Position numbers and translations under genes: made by a program. From contig NC_042999.1 of assembly GCF_006345805.1 (NCBI RefSeq), forward strand, positions 103,292,001-103,356,000: DNA of 64,000 nt, written 5' to 3'. This DNA is from Octopus sinensis (lineage: Eukaryota). Below are positions 1-10,923 of this stretch, piece by piece; within the stretch, counting starts at the first letter, position 1; each line of letters begins with the position of its first letter. Below the pieces are notes generated by a model. It did no database searches. It saw nothing but the letters and a program-made list of their open reading frames with translations, and had not been told where the DNA came from.

Positions 1-508
1 AGTGATAGAGCAGTGCATGCCATCAAAGTGACACTTAGGTAAAATATACGAAGCAGAGTATACCTATCATGACTACATGTCTGATATGGGTACACCATGC
101 ATCACAGCCATATGGGCACATGGTAAACAGCGCATGACTTTGTAGGTTGGAAACAGAATTTTCTTCAGGTCAAGTATCCCACCCCGCTCAAAAGGTTCCT
201 GAATAAGTATTGTTTAAGGACGATGTACGAAATACCCATGTTTCCAGGGGTGAATTATTCAACACCCCAAAAATTCCTCTCAACACACAGCTGTGATGTC
301 CCCTACTACTCATGATTGTCATCAGAGATGCGCATATCGTTACCTACGTGCTCAACCGGTTAAATTCAAACAAATGACAAGAAAATTTGTGGTACTGAGC
401 AGAATATTTGCTGCAACCCATCTTTAATACCAAGACAAAACAAGTACGTAACAAAACTTTCAATCAGTTGAGAAACCATGAGAGTCACTGCCTGGTGCTG
501 CATCAGGC
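1..508 (-). mobile_element. Short non-coding interspersed element ('family F'), bounded by (AAT)n
   Basis: Reverse complement aligns by eye with 56119-56527 and 57620-57883 (shared blocks such as CCTTTTGAGCGGG...ACCTGAAGAAAATTCT and GTCACTTTGATGGCATGCACTGCTCT). Its 5' end abuts the (TAT)n tract at 509-572. Confidence 0.75.
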
Positions 509-520
509 TATTATTATTAC

Positions 521-572
<52 letters not shown>
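509..572. repeat. (TAT)n/(AAT)n microsatellite
   Basis: Directly visible trinucleotide tract. Confidence 0.95.
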
Positions 573-623
573 GCATTTCAACAGCTTCTAACGCTGGAGA
601 TGTACTACGGTGTTAGCTGTTCA

Positions 624-1010
624 CTACCAGTGAACACCTCTTTTCGAGCATCTTCGGGAGTATTTGAGCGGAGCGATTCCAAGCAATCCTGTTTTCTGCA
701 AGTGTCCCATCCTTATTGCAGCCCCTATTTGTTCCATGCACTTCTCGAGATTTTTGCTCACTGTTCCCAGAGCCCCGCCAATTATTGGTGCAACTACCAC
801 CTTTTTCATCGACCACAACTGCTTAACTTCCCGCGCTAACCTGTCATATCCCTCGACTTTTCTTTTTTCCTCATCGCATACCTTGTTGTCAGTTGGGCAT
901 GCTATATCTATGATCAAGCATAGTTTCTTTTTTCCTCAGTTAAGACTATGTCTGGCTTCCTATTCTCTATCCCATGGTTGCACTGAACTGGTATAACAGA
1001 GATTTCCTTC
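624..1010 (-). pseudogene. Restriction-like endonuclease (PD-D/E) domain remnant of an R4/Dong ORF
   Basis: ORF 624..917 plus upstream frameshifted NRKPDIVL; typical R4-clade C-terminus. Confidence 0.8.
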
Positions 1011-1026
1011 GAGAGCATATCTAACC

Positions 1027-1251
1027 CAGTGGCCCAGTGGTTAGGGCAGCGGACTTGCGGTCGGAGGATCGCGGTTTCGATTCCCAGACCGGGCGTTGTG
1101 TGTGTTTATTGAGCGAAAACACCTAAAAGCTCCACGAGGCTCCAGCAGGGGATGGTGGTGATCCCTGCTGTACTCTTTCACCACTCTAAAAGGCGGTGCT
1201 CCAGCATGGCCGCAGTCAAATGACTGAAACAAGTACAAAAAAAAAAAAAAA
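1027..1251 (+). mobile_element. tRNA-derived SINE with poly(A) tail
   Basis: A-box-like TGGCCCAGTGG and B-box-like GGTTTCGATTCC. The 3' end GGCGGTGCTCCAGCATGGCCGCAGTCAAATGACTGAAACAAGT is shared with 35205-35250. Poly(A) tail. Confidence 0.85.
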
Positions 1252-1259
1252 CCCTGCCT

Positions 1260-2069
1260 GGGTTCTTCTTTTCCACCATGGATCTTTTCTTCTGTCACTC
1301 CCATTCTGTTTCTTTTTCATGACATCGACACCCACATTTTCTGCTACGACAATACTTGCTGCCTTGATCAAATTATTTGTTTCTGTGATGTTGTTTGTTT
1401 TGATGTATTTCGGAATTTCATTGACGTTTTTTGTTTCTTGATTCAATTTCCATCAATCAACCTTTCTAAGGTTGCAAATAATGTCGCTATCGTTCCCCTG
1501 TAGTCTTGCTTTTATTCTGTCGTAGATTGCCTTTTGTTGATTTGTCATGTCGCCATTAGTTTTGTTGTCTTCTTTTAGATCATCTATATGTCTCTCATCA
1601 ATTAAACTACAACTGCTCCTTTCCTGTGCTATGGGATTACTCTCACTGGTAAGAACTGTATTTTCATCGTTATCGCTGCTGCTATTTTCCATGACCCGTC
1701 TTTTGATAGCTTCGAGCTCTAATTCTGTGAACCAACGATTTTTTTTCTTATTTCTCTAGCTTGATCACATAGTCTATTTCCCATGAGCTGAAACAATCCC
1801 TTTTCTCTCCAATGATCATACATACGTTGTCGGTAACCCCTAATTTGAGCACCATTTTCATCTACCGGGTTGCTCAGGTAGTAACACTCCATGACCACAG
1901 CATTAATTTTCTTGCTCCATCTACGCCGTGTATGGTGGTCCATGTCTGGATATCGACAGGCTGCAGCCGGACCAGAATCTCTGAGCCTGCCTGGTGCAAC
2001 ACTATTACCATCATTGGCCTCAGTTTCATTACCACCGTTATTCACAATATTTTGTTTTTTCAACTTCAC
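1260..2069 (-). pseudogene. N-terminal region of R4/Dong-like ORF (frameshifted)
   Basis: ORFs 1719..2069, 1453..1692 and 1216..1446 join into one degenerate reading frame with R4-type N-terminal motifs. Confidence 0.7.
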
Positions 2070-2180
2070 TCATATAAGGTAGTGATTATCAGGTTGCGTA
2101 ATTACCAGTGTTTTTATAATGAAACCATCACTAGATGTATCATTAATCAGGCCATGGTGAGGCTCCGCCTGTTTCTTTTC

Positions 2181-2182
<2 letters not shown>

Positions 2183-2254
<72 letters not shown>

Positions 2255-2270
2255 ATTATTATTATTATTA
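2183..2270. repeat. (TAT)n microsatellite
   Basis: Directly visible. Confidence 0.95.
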
Positions 2271-3556
2271 CCACTGATATCACTGATATTATTGTTTTTA
2301 TATGTAGTAGCAGCAGTGGTGGCAGCAACAGCAACAGTAGCAGGGATGCGAGTAGGGGTAAAGGTGGTAGTTGGGATTCAGATTCCTGTGATATCAGAGT
2401 AGTAGTAGTTGTAGTCTTAGCAGCTGCAGCATATTATTTTTATTTTTATCATTATCGCCATCACCACCGCTATTATCATTATTACTATTTCTATTTATTA
2501 TTAAAAGATTTTATTAAATGTTCTTTATTTTCAACTTTTGTCTTGTACTTGAGATAATCATGAATATGGTGTTCTTGAAGGAAACAGTTGGGTAGCAACT
2601 TGGTGAATAAATTAAATTCTACAGGTCTATAAATAGATTCGGCAGATAGTGAGGCGGTCAGCTATAGAGACAAAAGAATCTTCGTATCCTTTGGGTCATC
2701 AGAGGTCAAATGTGTTTACTGGCCCTGAAAAGAAGCAATTCAACCTGTTCTATTTGTAATTGCTGGTAGAAAAAACAATAATAATAATAATGATAAAAAA
2801 TAATAAGCTACATTTCTTTCGACTTTACATTCTGAGTTGAAATTCCTCCGAGATTGACTGTGCTTTTGCCATTTTCGGGTTCCATAAATTAAGTGCTACT
2901 TAAGCATTGTGGACGATATTATCTACTATGCCACTCCTTCAAAGTTTCACACCTTGTGCCAATAATAGAGAGAATCATTATTATTATATTGTGCTAAAGC
3001 TATCTTCGAGAAAGCTCAATAAATGTTGAATTTGACGATGTATATGATGAAAAAAATATTTTTATTGACATTGAACATCTGGAATTTTTACGTACATTTC
3101 TAGGGGCGAGGTGAAGAAAAATGTCTTTTAGACAATAAGTGCTTTTAAAAAATGTTGTTTACTAGTTATTCAAGATAAGTTCTGCAGAAACAGTAAGAAG
3201 TGCTAGCTTCAAGCGTCGTAGATGATGAACGAATAATGATAAATATCTGAAAATATTGTGACAAAGTTCCAAAGAAAAAGCATACAAAAGAAAATAAGAA
3301 TACGATTGAACAAGTAGACACAGCACATACTTTAACAAAGTTATAAAAAATTCTCGAAACATTCTTAGTAAGAGAAATAGTTTGCAATAATTGCGAATCG
3401 GAGAGGTAATCGATATTAGTCGTTCTCCAAATCATAGCTAGTTGGGTGAGATTTGGGATTTAGATAAACATGGAAGTTCTCACGAACTCTGAAGACCGCA
3501 AACTATCTTGCAGTTGTATCCATTGCGTGATAAAAAGAAGTCAAGTAGGCGATTCA

Positions 3557-4176
3557 CGTCTGCATTCACAGTTTTGAATCAAGATAAAACCGTCAGGGTC
3601 TCTACTCAGAGAGGCTGGGAAACAAAAGAAGAGTGAAAGTAATAGTAAAACGCCAAAGTACCAGCAACAGCAGTAGACCATAGGAACTAGTGTTTGCAGA
3701 CCACCACCTGTCATGGCTCTGAGGATAGTGCTAAAAAACATCTCGTCGTGAGGGCCAAGATAACGACTCGAAATTTGTGTGCTCTCATCGTAGTACTCTC
3801 ACTCCAAAATCTTGAAACATTGGCGCGGAGAAGGAGACTCGAAAAAATAACAGACTTGCTTAGTAACCCACCTTCAAAAGAAAACAAAACATAATATAGG
3901 AAGTACGATTTCCAAGAGTTCAAGAAAGATACACTGGATAAGCTTATATTCCACTCTAACGGCGTGAAATTCATAGTACTTTGAGTTGACAAAATTATAA
4001 ATCATATGAACCACTAAAGGGGTGAGGTTTTGGATGATGGGATGAGATTTTGTGGAAAACGTATATGGTAACGTATAGATGGAAACTGAACTAGCATATC
4101 TGTCAAGAACTACATTTGGACATACTCTGTAAACGGTGGACGATTTTATCTTGATTCAAAACCGTGAATGCAGACG
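3557..4176. mobile_element. MITE / non-autonomous Tc1-mariner-type DNA transposon
   Basis: 39-bp inverted repeats 3556-3594 and 4139-4177 (ACGTCTGCATTCACRGTTTTGAATCAAGATAAAAYCGTC, 2 mismatches). TA follows the right end; CA precedes the left end (possible decayed TA duplication). Confidence 0.65.
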
Positions 4177-4259
4177 TAAATTTTGGAAAAAACAAGTTTC
4201 AATGACAGGTGGCGACTTATGAATGTGTGGGCGGTTTTCTCTTATTTTTTTTTGATATT

Positions 4260-4310
4260 CACACACACACACACACACACACGTATATATATGTACATAT
4301 ATATATATAT

Positions 4311-4370
<60 letters not shown>

Positions 4371-4372
4371 TG
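4260..4372. repeat. Compound (AC)n-(TA)n-(GT)n microsatellite
   Basis: Directly visible. Confidence 0.95.
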
Positions 4373-4539
4373 TATCATAAGTGAAGTATTACTCTATTTT
4401 TGGTTACATATGCCGGTTAAATTATGTTGGAATTTCGTCAGCTTTGTGATTTGTCAGCCGAGTCCTCAGTTGGGGTGCTTACATTGGGCTATTTGATTCT
4501 TTGATTCCCACTCTCATATCCTAACTTACATATATATAT

Positions 4540-4546
4540 ATTATCA

Positions 4547-4581
<35 letters not shown>

Positions 4582-4685
4582 TTATTATTATTATTATTAT
4601 TGTAGTTATTATTATTATTGTTATTATCATTCTTCTTCTTATTATTATTGTTGTTATTATTATTATTGTTATTGTTATTATTATA

Positions 4686-4717
<32 letters not shown>

Positions 4718-4733
4718 GTTATTATTATTATTA

Positions 4734-4778
<45 letters not shown>

Positions 4779-4780
4779 CA
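4540..4780. repeat. Long imperfect (TAT)n microsatellite
   Basis: Directly visible. Confidence 0.95.
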
Positions 4781-5176
4781 CACTGCAGAGTGATGGAAAT
4801 AGAATTAAATAGCATCAAAATACTGAAACATTAATCAATTTGATGAAGGAAATAAAAATATTAAATGAAATAGAATATTTATAATATATTGGGAATCACG
4901 TCTTGTTAGTTGGTCATGTACACGTGCTAAATTATCAGAGACTATAAAATTCTTCGAAATATTATCACAGTTGATTGAATCTAATTGTCTCCTTTCCATT
5001 TTAAATAGTTACCATAGTGATAATGAAATTAAATGTCTTCGAGCATATTTCCATACAATCTATCAAAGTCTTTCCCAGGTAAAAATTAATCAAATACGTT
5101 TTATATCAAACTTGACGTTCAGAAAAGACAATTACTTATCAAAGTCTCTTTTATTCTATCAATTCCTTTTGATTAT

Positions 5177-5364
5177 TTCTTCTTCTTCTTCTTCTTCTTC
5201 TTCTTCTTCTTCTTCTTCTTCTTCTTCTTCTTCTTCTTCTTCTTCTTCTTCTTCTTCTTCTTCTTCTTCTCTTCTTCTTCTTCTTCTTCTTCTTCTTCTT
5301 CTTCTTCTTCTTCTTCTTCTTCTTCTTCTTCTTCTTCTTCTTCTTCTTCTTCTTCTTCTTCTTC
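5177..5364. repeat. (TTC)n/(GAA)n tract with one phase slip
   Basis: About 188 bp of pure pyrimidine on the + strand; phase shift near 5270. Confidence 0.95.
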
Positions 5365-7140
5365 ATGCATTTGTCGTTGTTAACGTTGTTCCTTTTTTTT
5401 ACGAAATCATTATAAGAATCTAACAAATGATTCTGAAAATTAATTTCGTAGAATTATGAGAGCATCAGATAAAATATCTTTCAGCATTAAATTACGGCCG
5501 ATCACGTTCTGTGTTCATATCATACAGAAGTTAACAGGCCTTGTAATCCTTGCAACCTAAGTGAATAACCGTGCGCCCGAAAATATGTGACCTATTGCCT
5601 GTTAGAAACTATTTTGATTACATTCTGTTTTAGATTTTACCCTGACAAGGTGTACTACATAAAGCTATCCATTTCTAATTTAGCGTTTTGTGATTTTTCA
5701 CTCGAAAGCCTTGAGAACTGGTCAACAAAAAGCAAGAAAATAGTAAAAAATAATGTAAAACAATGCCTTAACGTTTTGAAACAAAATGGAAGTAACAGAA
5801 AACTTTATACAAATCAGCACACACATGTATGGTGAAACACTTCGAAAAAAAATAATGAGATATTCTTCACTGAGAATAAGGTATGTGAATTAAATACCAA
5901 CATATTTTATACGGATATTAAGAAGTAACAATAAAACTGGACGAGATCAACGGGAATCAAGCATGATTAAGAGGGGGTAACTGGAATAAAAACATTTAAG
6001 CGGTACAAAGCACAATGGATGAAAAGAGAACAAAATGGTTGTAATAATAGCACAAACATGCATTACCATGGCTGATAAGAACTCCAAGCAACCAGTAATC
6101 CCATAGGATTGAAAAAATCTCTAGCATTTGGCCAGTATCCATGGGAATGGAGCGGTAATGTTTAAACGGGTAAGCCGACAAGAGTCAACACTTGCTTGAC
6201 TATTTAAGAAAAAAGCAACATGAAAACAAAGGAGCCACAGATGAAACAAGTATATAACAACCGCTTACAAAACCTTTATAATCGCACTCTAAAACAGTCA
6301 GACTATTCATGATAGGACTACATTCTCTAACGTAATCCTATAAATCACTACAAAGGCAGCTGTAGTCCATACTAGAATACCTTTAATAAACATGTTTGCT
6401 CAATCAGGGCTGCCCTTGTAGTACAGTAGCAGCAGCAACAACACTTCCATCGATATTATTGTCTTCTTATACTTCACTACTAGAACTACGACGCGATAAT
6501 AATCCTCAACTTTCCTCTGATCCCTTGCTCACCATCCCAGATCATATTACTCCATAAAATATATAGAAAATTCCGGATCTTTTCTCTTACTGCCAGCAGT
6601 TTTTGAAATTATAGAATTAAGTGACAATTTTCAAATTGGATATATTGATGTTATTTTTAACGCTGAATATAATTGTTATTCATGTATTCCAGAAAACCCT
6701 CAGAAAATATTATAGAGGTTTAACGTTTGGTTATTTTAACTTAATCAGAAAACAGGATTTAGAAGCAGGCATTTTCTGCCAGATAGCTGTCTATCACAAC
6801 AGTATCACAGACACACTTTTATTAAACAAAATGACAGCAATATATTACGACGAAGAAGGTTGTAAAAGGTTTTTAAGTTTTAATAAGTTTAAATGAATAA
6901 AGTCATATGAAACGTTAAAACAGGCAAATACTCAATGAATTGTTTTTGCGAATAATTGGAAAAGAAAACTGTACGTGAAATTACAAAAAGCAAATTTATA
7001 CATAATACTACTGTAGTTTAGTTCATGTAAGCAGTACATTTTCTCTAGTGAAAATTCAGAAACGAAAGCCTGGCACACTAGGATTAAAGATATTTCTTCG
7101 ATATGAGGTTCAGTATTAGAATCATAGTTTAGCAATAATG

Positions 7141-7365
7141 TGAGGGTTTACGGTTAAAATTACGGCTTAGGGTTAGCTTTTAGGGTTAGAATTAGGAGTT
7201 GGGGTTTAAGTTTTAGAATTAGAATGAGGGTTTAGTGTTGGGGTCTAGGGTTAGAATTAGGGTTTAGGATGAGAGTTTGGATTTAGGGTTGAAGTTTAGA
7301 GTTCTAATTTAAGTTAAGGTTTAAGATTAGAATTAGGGTCTAGGGTGTAAGTTTAGGCTTAGAAT
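7141..7365 (+). repeat. Degenerate TTAGGG-like G-rich tract (interstitial)
   Basis: Repeated TTAGGG/TTAGAA/TTTAGG variants with strong strand bias. Confidence 0.7.
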
Positions 7366-8206
7366 CATGGTTTTGCGGAAAATTGCAAAAGGAAACTGTA
7401 CGTTATACTCTAGTAAAAGTTCAGTTCGTGTAAACAATTAATACGTTTTGGTAGCAAAAATTCAAAAACGAGAGTTCAGAAAACAGGTACTCGTCAAAGA
7501 AAATAGTTTAAAGAAATTACACGTAATGATTGTAGTAGTTTTAAGCAGACAATAGCTTGGTTTGTTAATATGGAAACAGGTACCAATGTGTCTGTGGCTT
7601 TCGATTAACTAAAATTACCCTAAATTTGCAAAGCTTAAAAGCTATTAACTTTTTATTTACTAGTTTCTGGCAAAAATAAATTTCATTTTCATAATTAGTA
7701 TACAAAAATATATCAGTACCCTAAATTTGAAAAAAATTAGAAGAAACTTTAGAAAATTTATAACAGAGAGCAACAGAAAATATCTAAAATTCATCTCTAA
7801 GGCAGTTTGGTGAACAGTTTCAATGTTTAACAGAGTAATACTTTACAGAATTTCCAATCTTAAAAACATAGATACCGCATTATGACGAAGAAATTATAAT
7901 CTCTCTAAGTATCTAAGTTACATATTCTCACTTATTTTTGAACTTAATAAAATAATTCATGAAAGTTTTCTATATCGGTCACAATATAAAAAAGCAAAAC
8001 ATATCATATATTATATCTTTATATGTTAAAGGAACAATGCCAAACGCTGCCTGATCTTTCAGACGTATTGAGAAATACTGAAACTCTTAGATGTAGAGAC
8101 TTTTATTTTTTAAACTTTGGAACATATACTTCTAAAATACCAAGATTAAATATACAAAGATATTAGGGATGTAGTGTGTGTGTGTGTGTGTGTATGTGTG
8201 TGGCGT

Positions 8207-8292
8207 GGAGGCGTGTGGCTTAGTGGTTAGGCTGTTGGACTCATGATCGTAAGATTGTGGTTTCGATTCCTGGACCGGACGACGCGTTGTAA
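8207..8292 (+). mobile_element. tRNA-derived SINE head (3'-truncated)
   Basis: GGCTTAGTGGTTAGG...GGTTTCGATTCC; similar to the reverse complement of 27170-27256 and to 29255-29330. Confidence 0.75.
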
Positions 8293-8424
8293 CCTTCTGC
8301 CAAAGAAACACGCAGAGGATCCTCATTTAAAGAGAATATCGGAATATAAGTAAATAATAACTATTAAATGAGAAGCAAATTTAATGTTAATTGAACGCTC
8401 GACGCATCATCAGCAGATATTATA

Positions 8425-8770
8425 CTGGCTTCAAATTTTGGCACAAGGCGAGGAAGTTTTGGGGAGGATAAGTCAATTACATCCCCCCCCCCCATTCCTC
8501 AGTTTTCAACTGGATGTCTTTTATCAACCCCGAAACGATGAAAGGTAAAGTTGATCTCGGTGGAATTTGAATTCAGAACTTAAAGACAGACGAAATGCTG
8601 CTAAGTGATTTTTTTCTAGCGTGCTGCCTTGCTAGCTCGTTGCCTTATCGATAGATATTATATTGATTTCAAATTTTGGCGCAAGGCCAACCAGTTTTGG
8701 GGTGGAGTAAGTCGATTACATAGTTCCCAATGTCTAATTGGTACTTATTTTGTCTACTTCGAAAGGATGA
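8425..8770 (-). mobile_element. Two decayed Nin-domain-like SINE pieces
   Basis: Reverse complement contains variants of TTCTGAGTTCAAATTCC...CTTTCATCCTTTCGGGGTCGATAAA, as at 24755-25250. Confidence 0.75.
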
Positions 8771-8774
8771 AGTT

Positions 8775-10045
8775 TTTGAAGTAGGCTCAATGGAAAAGAC
8801 AAGATCGGTGCAATGAACACATGGGCTGTTTCCTTTATGCGTTATGGCGCAGGTGTTGTTACGTGGACAAAGAACAAGCTTCAGGAAATGGACAGGAAAA
8901 CCAGAAAAGTGATGACGATTAACAAGGAACTACACCCCAAAAGCGATATTGGAAGACTGTATGTGCCCAGGAACAAGGGAGGGAAGAGGCCTCATTAGGT
9001 GCAACATCTGTATTGTCAATGAGAAGAACAGTCTGGGATGGTACATCAAACAGCAGAGTGAAGCCTTGCTTGCCGCTGTTAGAATTAACAATACAATACC
9101 TACCGAAAATGTAATGCACCCACAAACAAGATGAAGAAGAAAGAGTAAGCAATTAGAAAGCGAAATCACAGCATGGTAATAATTTTGAGAAATCGAAGGA
9201 AAACACTTGGAGTTGGCTAAGAAGAAGTCATTTGAAAGGATGCACTGAGGTATTGATATGCAGCGCTCAATAATAAGCCCTGAGAACTAATTACACCAAG
9301 CTCCAGACGGATAAGAGTAGCGAATCGCCCCTTTGTAGGATGTGTGGCATCAGAAACAAAACAATCTCACTCACATACTGTGAGTGAGTGTAGCAAGCTG
9401 GCCCAAAAGCACTATAAACGAGGTCATGCTAACGTGGCTAGGTTCGTCCACTGGAGGCTATGTGAAAAGTACGGCCTGAACAGAGCACGGAAATGGTACG
9501 AACATAAACCAGAAGGAGTCACCAATAACAAAGAATATAATATACTGTGGGATTTGACAATCCAGTGTGACTCCCTGATCGATACTCGGAGACCAGATAT
9601 TGTTGCAGTAGATAAAGGTAAAAAAGGAAACCAAGGCAATATATATTGCAATACCTTGCGATGCACGCATAAGTGACTAAGAACTAAAAAAGATTAAAAA
9701 ATACAGTCTACCAAAGACAAAATCGCAAGACTGTGGACTATAAGGAGAGTATCTGTCATTTCAGTAGTTGCTAGGCCATTAGGAACACTAACAACCAAGT
9801 TCTAGAAATATGTCGAAGAAATCGGAATTAACATGAGAGCAGAGCAAGCCCGAAAAAAACACTCTGCTTTGGACAACTAGGATTCTTAGATTGGTACTTG
9901 GCTATTGAATGTTTTCTACGGTAATAAACAACCAATTATCAAAGCTTATAATGTGCGAAAAGTAACTCTGTGAGACCTCTGGCAGCAGGTTGCTGTCCGC
10001 TCTCATAGAATCTACCAGAACAACCGACCGTTCTGAGAAGTAATA
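8775..10045 (+). mobile_element. 5'-truncated R4/Dong-clade LINE (late RT, CCHC knuckle, RLE, 3'UTR)
   Basis: NTWAVSFMRYGAGVVTW...MDRKTRK...LHPKSDIGRLYVPR; CRMCG...SECSKLAQKHYKRGH...HWRLCEKYGL...LWD...RRPDIV. Ends directly in (AAT)n. Confidence 0.85.
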
Positions 10046-10119
10046 CAATAATAATAATGATAATAATAATGATAATAATAATAATAATAATGATAATAAT
10101 AATGATAATAATAATAGTT

Positions 10120-10155
<36 letters not shown>
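10046..10155. repeat. (AAT)n then (AGT)n microsatellite
   Basis: Directly visible. Confidence 0.95.
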
Positions 10156-10174
<19 letters not shown>

Positions 10175-10886
10175 CAACTCTCTCACCAGAAAATGTTTTG
10201 AACATCTTGTTTGAAGAAATAAAAATGAAAATTGTGGACGTCAAGTTAAAAATATCGACGGTTCAGTGCACAAATAAACTCTCACAAACAAGTACAGAAA
10301 ATATAAAGAAGGCAATAAAACAACTTAGCAATTTCCCTTCAAATCAAGCGATGAAATACGTAGAACTTATTTACATCTCTTGTATTAGAATACTATATGT
10401 GCAATTTAGCCAAAAGGGAACATAAAGAAAAAATTAAACAGCTAATCCTAGTGAAAATATACAAAATAAATATGTATAATAAACAACAGGGAAAAGATGT
10501 ATTAGTTTTAACTAAACTATAAACAACTGTTTTCTAACCAACATATTTAAAGTTGATTATTATATCAAGTAAGGATGTGGAGCCAGAAATTTAAATCAAA
10601 GAATGGATTCGCGGTTAGAAATCTTTGCCAAACATTCTAAAAGTAGAACATCCAAAGAGCAAGAATTTGCACAGTACTTGAAGCAGCTCAAATTCCACAG
10701 AACGTCTTAGGGAAAACCAATTTAAAAAAAAAATTTAATCGCCATAATAGAATTCTTAAAAGAAAGATGTAGAGTGATGCATGAATTCAGTTATCAAAGT
10801 GTCTGACTTTGTATGTAGACCTACAGAAATCAATGTCTTTTATTCAAAAAATTCGACAACAGGGGCGCGTCAGATTTTATGACACA

Positions 10887-10923
10887 CTGAAGAGCCGCTT
10901 CTGGAGAAACTTCGAAGTCACAG
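10887..10923 (+). ncRNA. Degenerate hammerhead-like core
   Basis: CTGAAGA-gccgcttctgga-GAAA-cttcgaag(palindrome)-TC. Stem I is not formed next to the core. Confidence 0.35.

Larger units (their letters stand above)
573..2182 (-). mobile_element. Internally deleted R4/Dong-clade (RLE) non-LTR retrotransposon, interrupted by a SINE
   Basis: The minus strand gives N-terminal motifs (RRRWSKKINAVVMECYYLSNP...RGYRQRMYDHW...RLCDQAREI; KDPWWKRR) and the RLE endonuclease C-terminus (RKPDIV...IIDIACPTD...EEKRKVEGYDRL...APIIGGALG). No RT domain lies between them. (AAT)n on both sides. Confidence 0.8.

Noticed and set aside
1027-1100. tRNA genes at SINE heads (also 8207, 27200, 35541)
   Set aside because: A/B boxes are present, but they run into SINE bodies without a proper acceptor stem, so they are not functional tRNA genes.
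2070-2182. HDV-like ribozyme at the 5' end of the R4/Dong copy (GCC-TCACCAT-GGC resembles P3/L3)
   Set aside because: I could not assign P1, P1.1 (GG) or P2 pairings. A covariance search of the family consensus is needed.
5151-5426. Poly-K/R/E/S/L ORFs
   Set aside because: Translations of the (TTC)n tract.
7141-7365. True telomere or chromosome end
   Set aside because: The tract is short, highly degenerate and internal.
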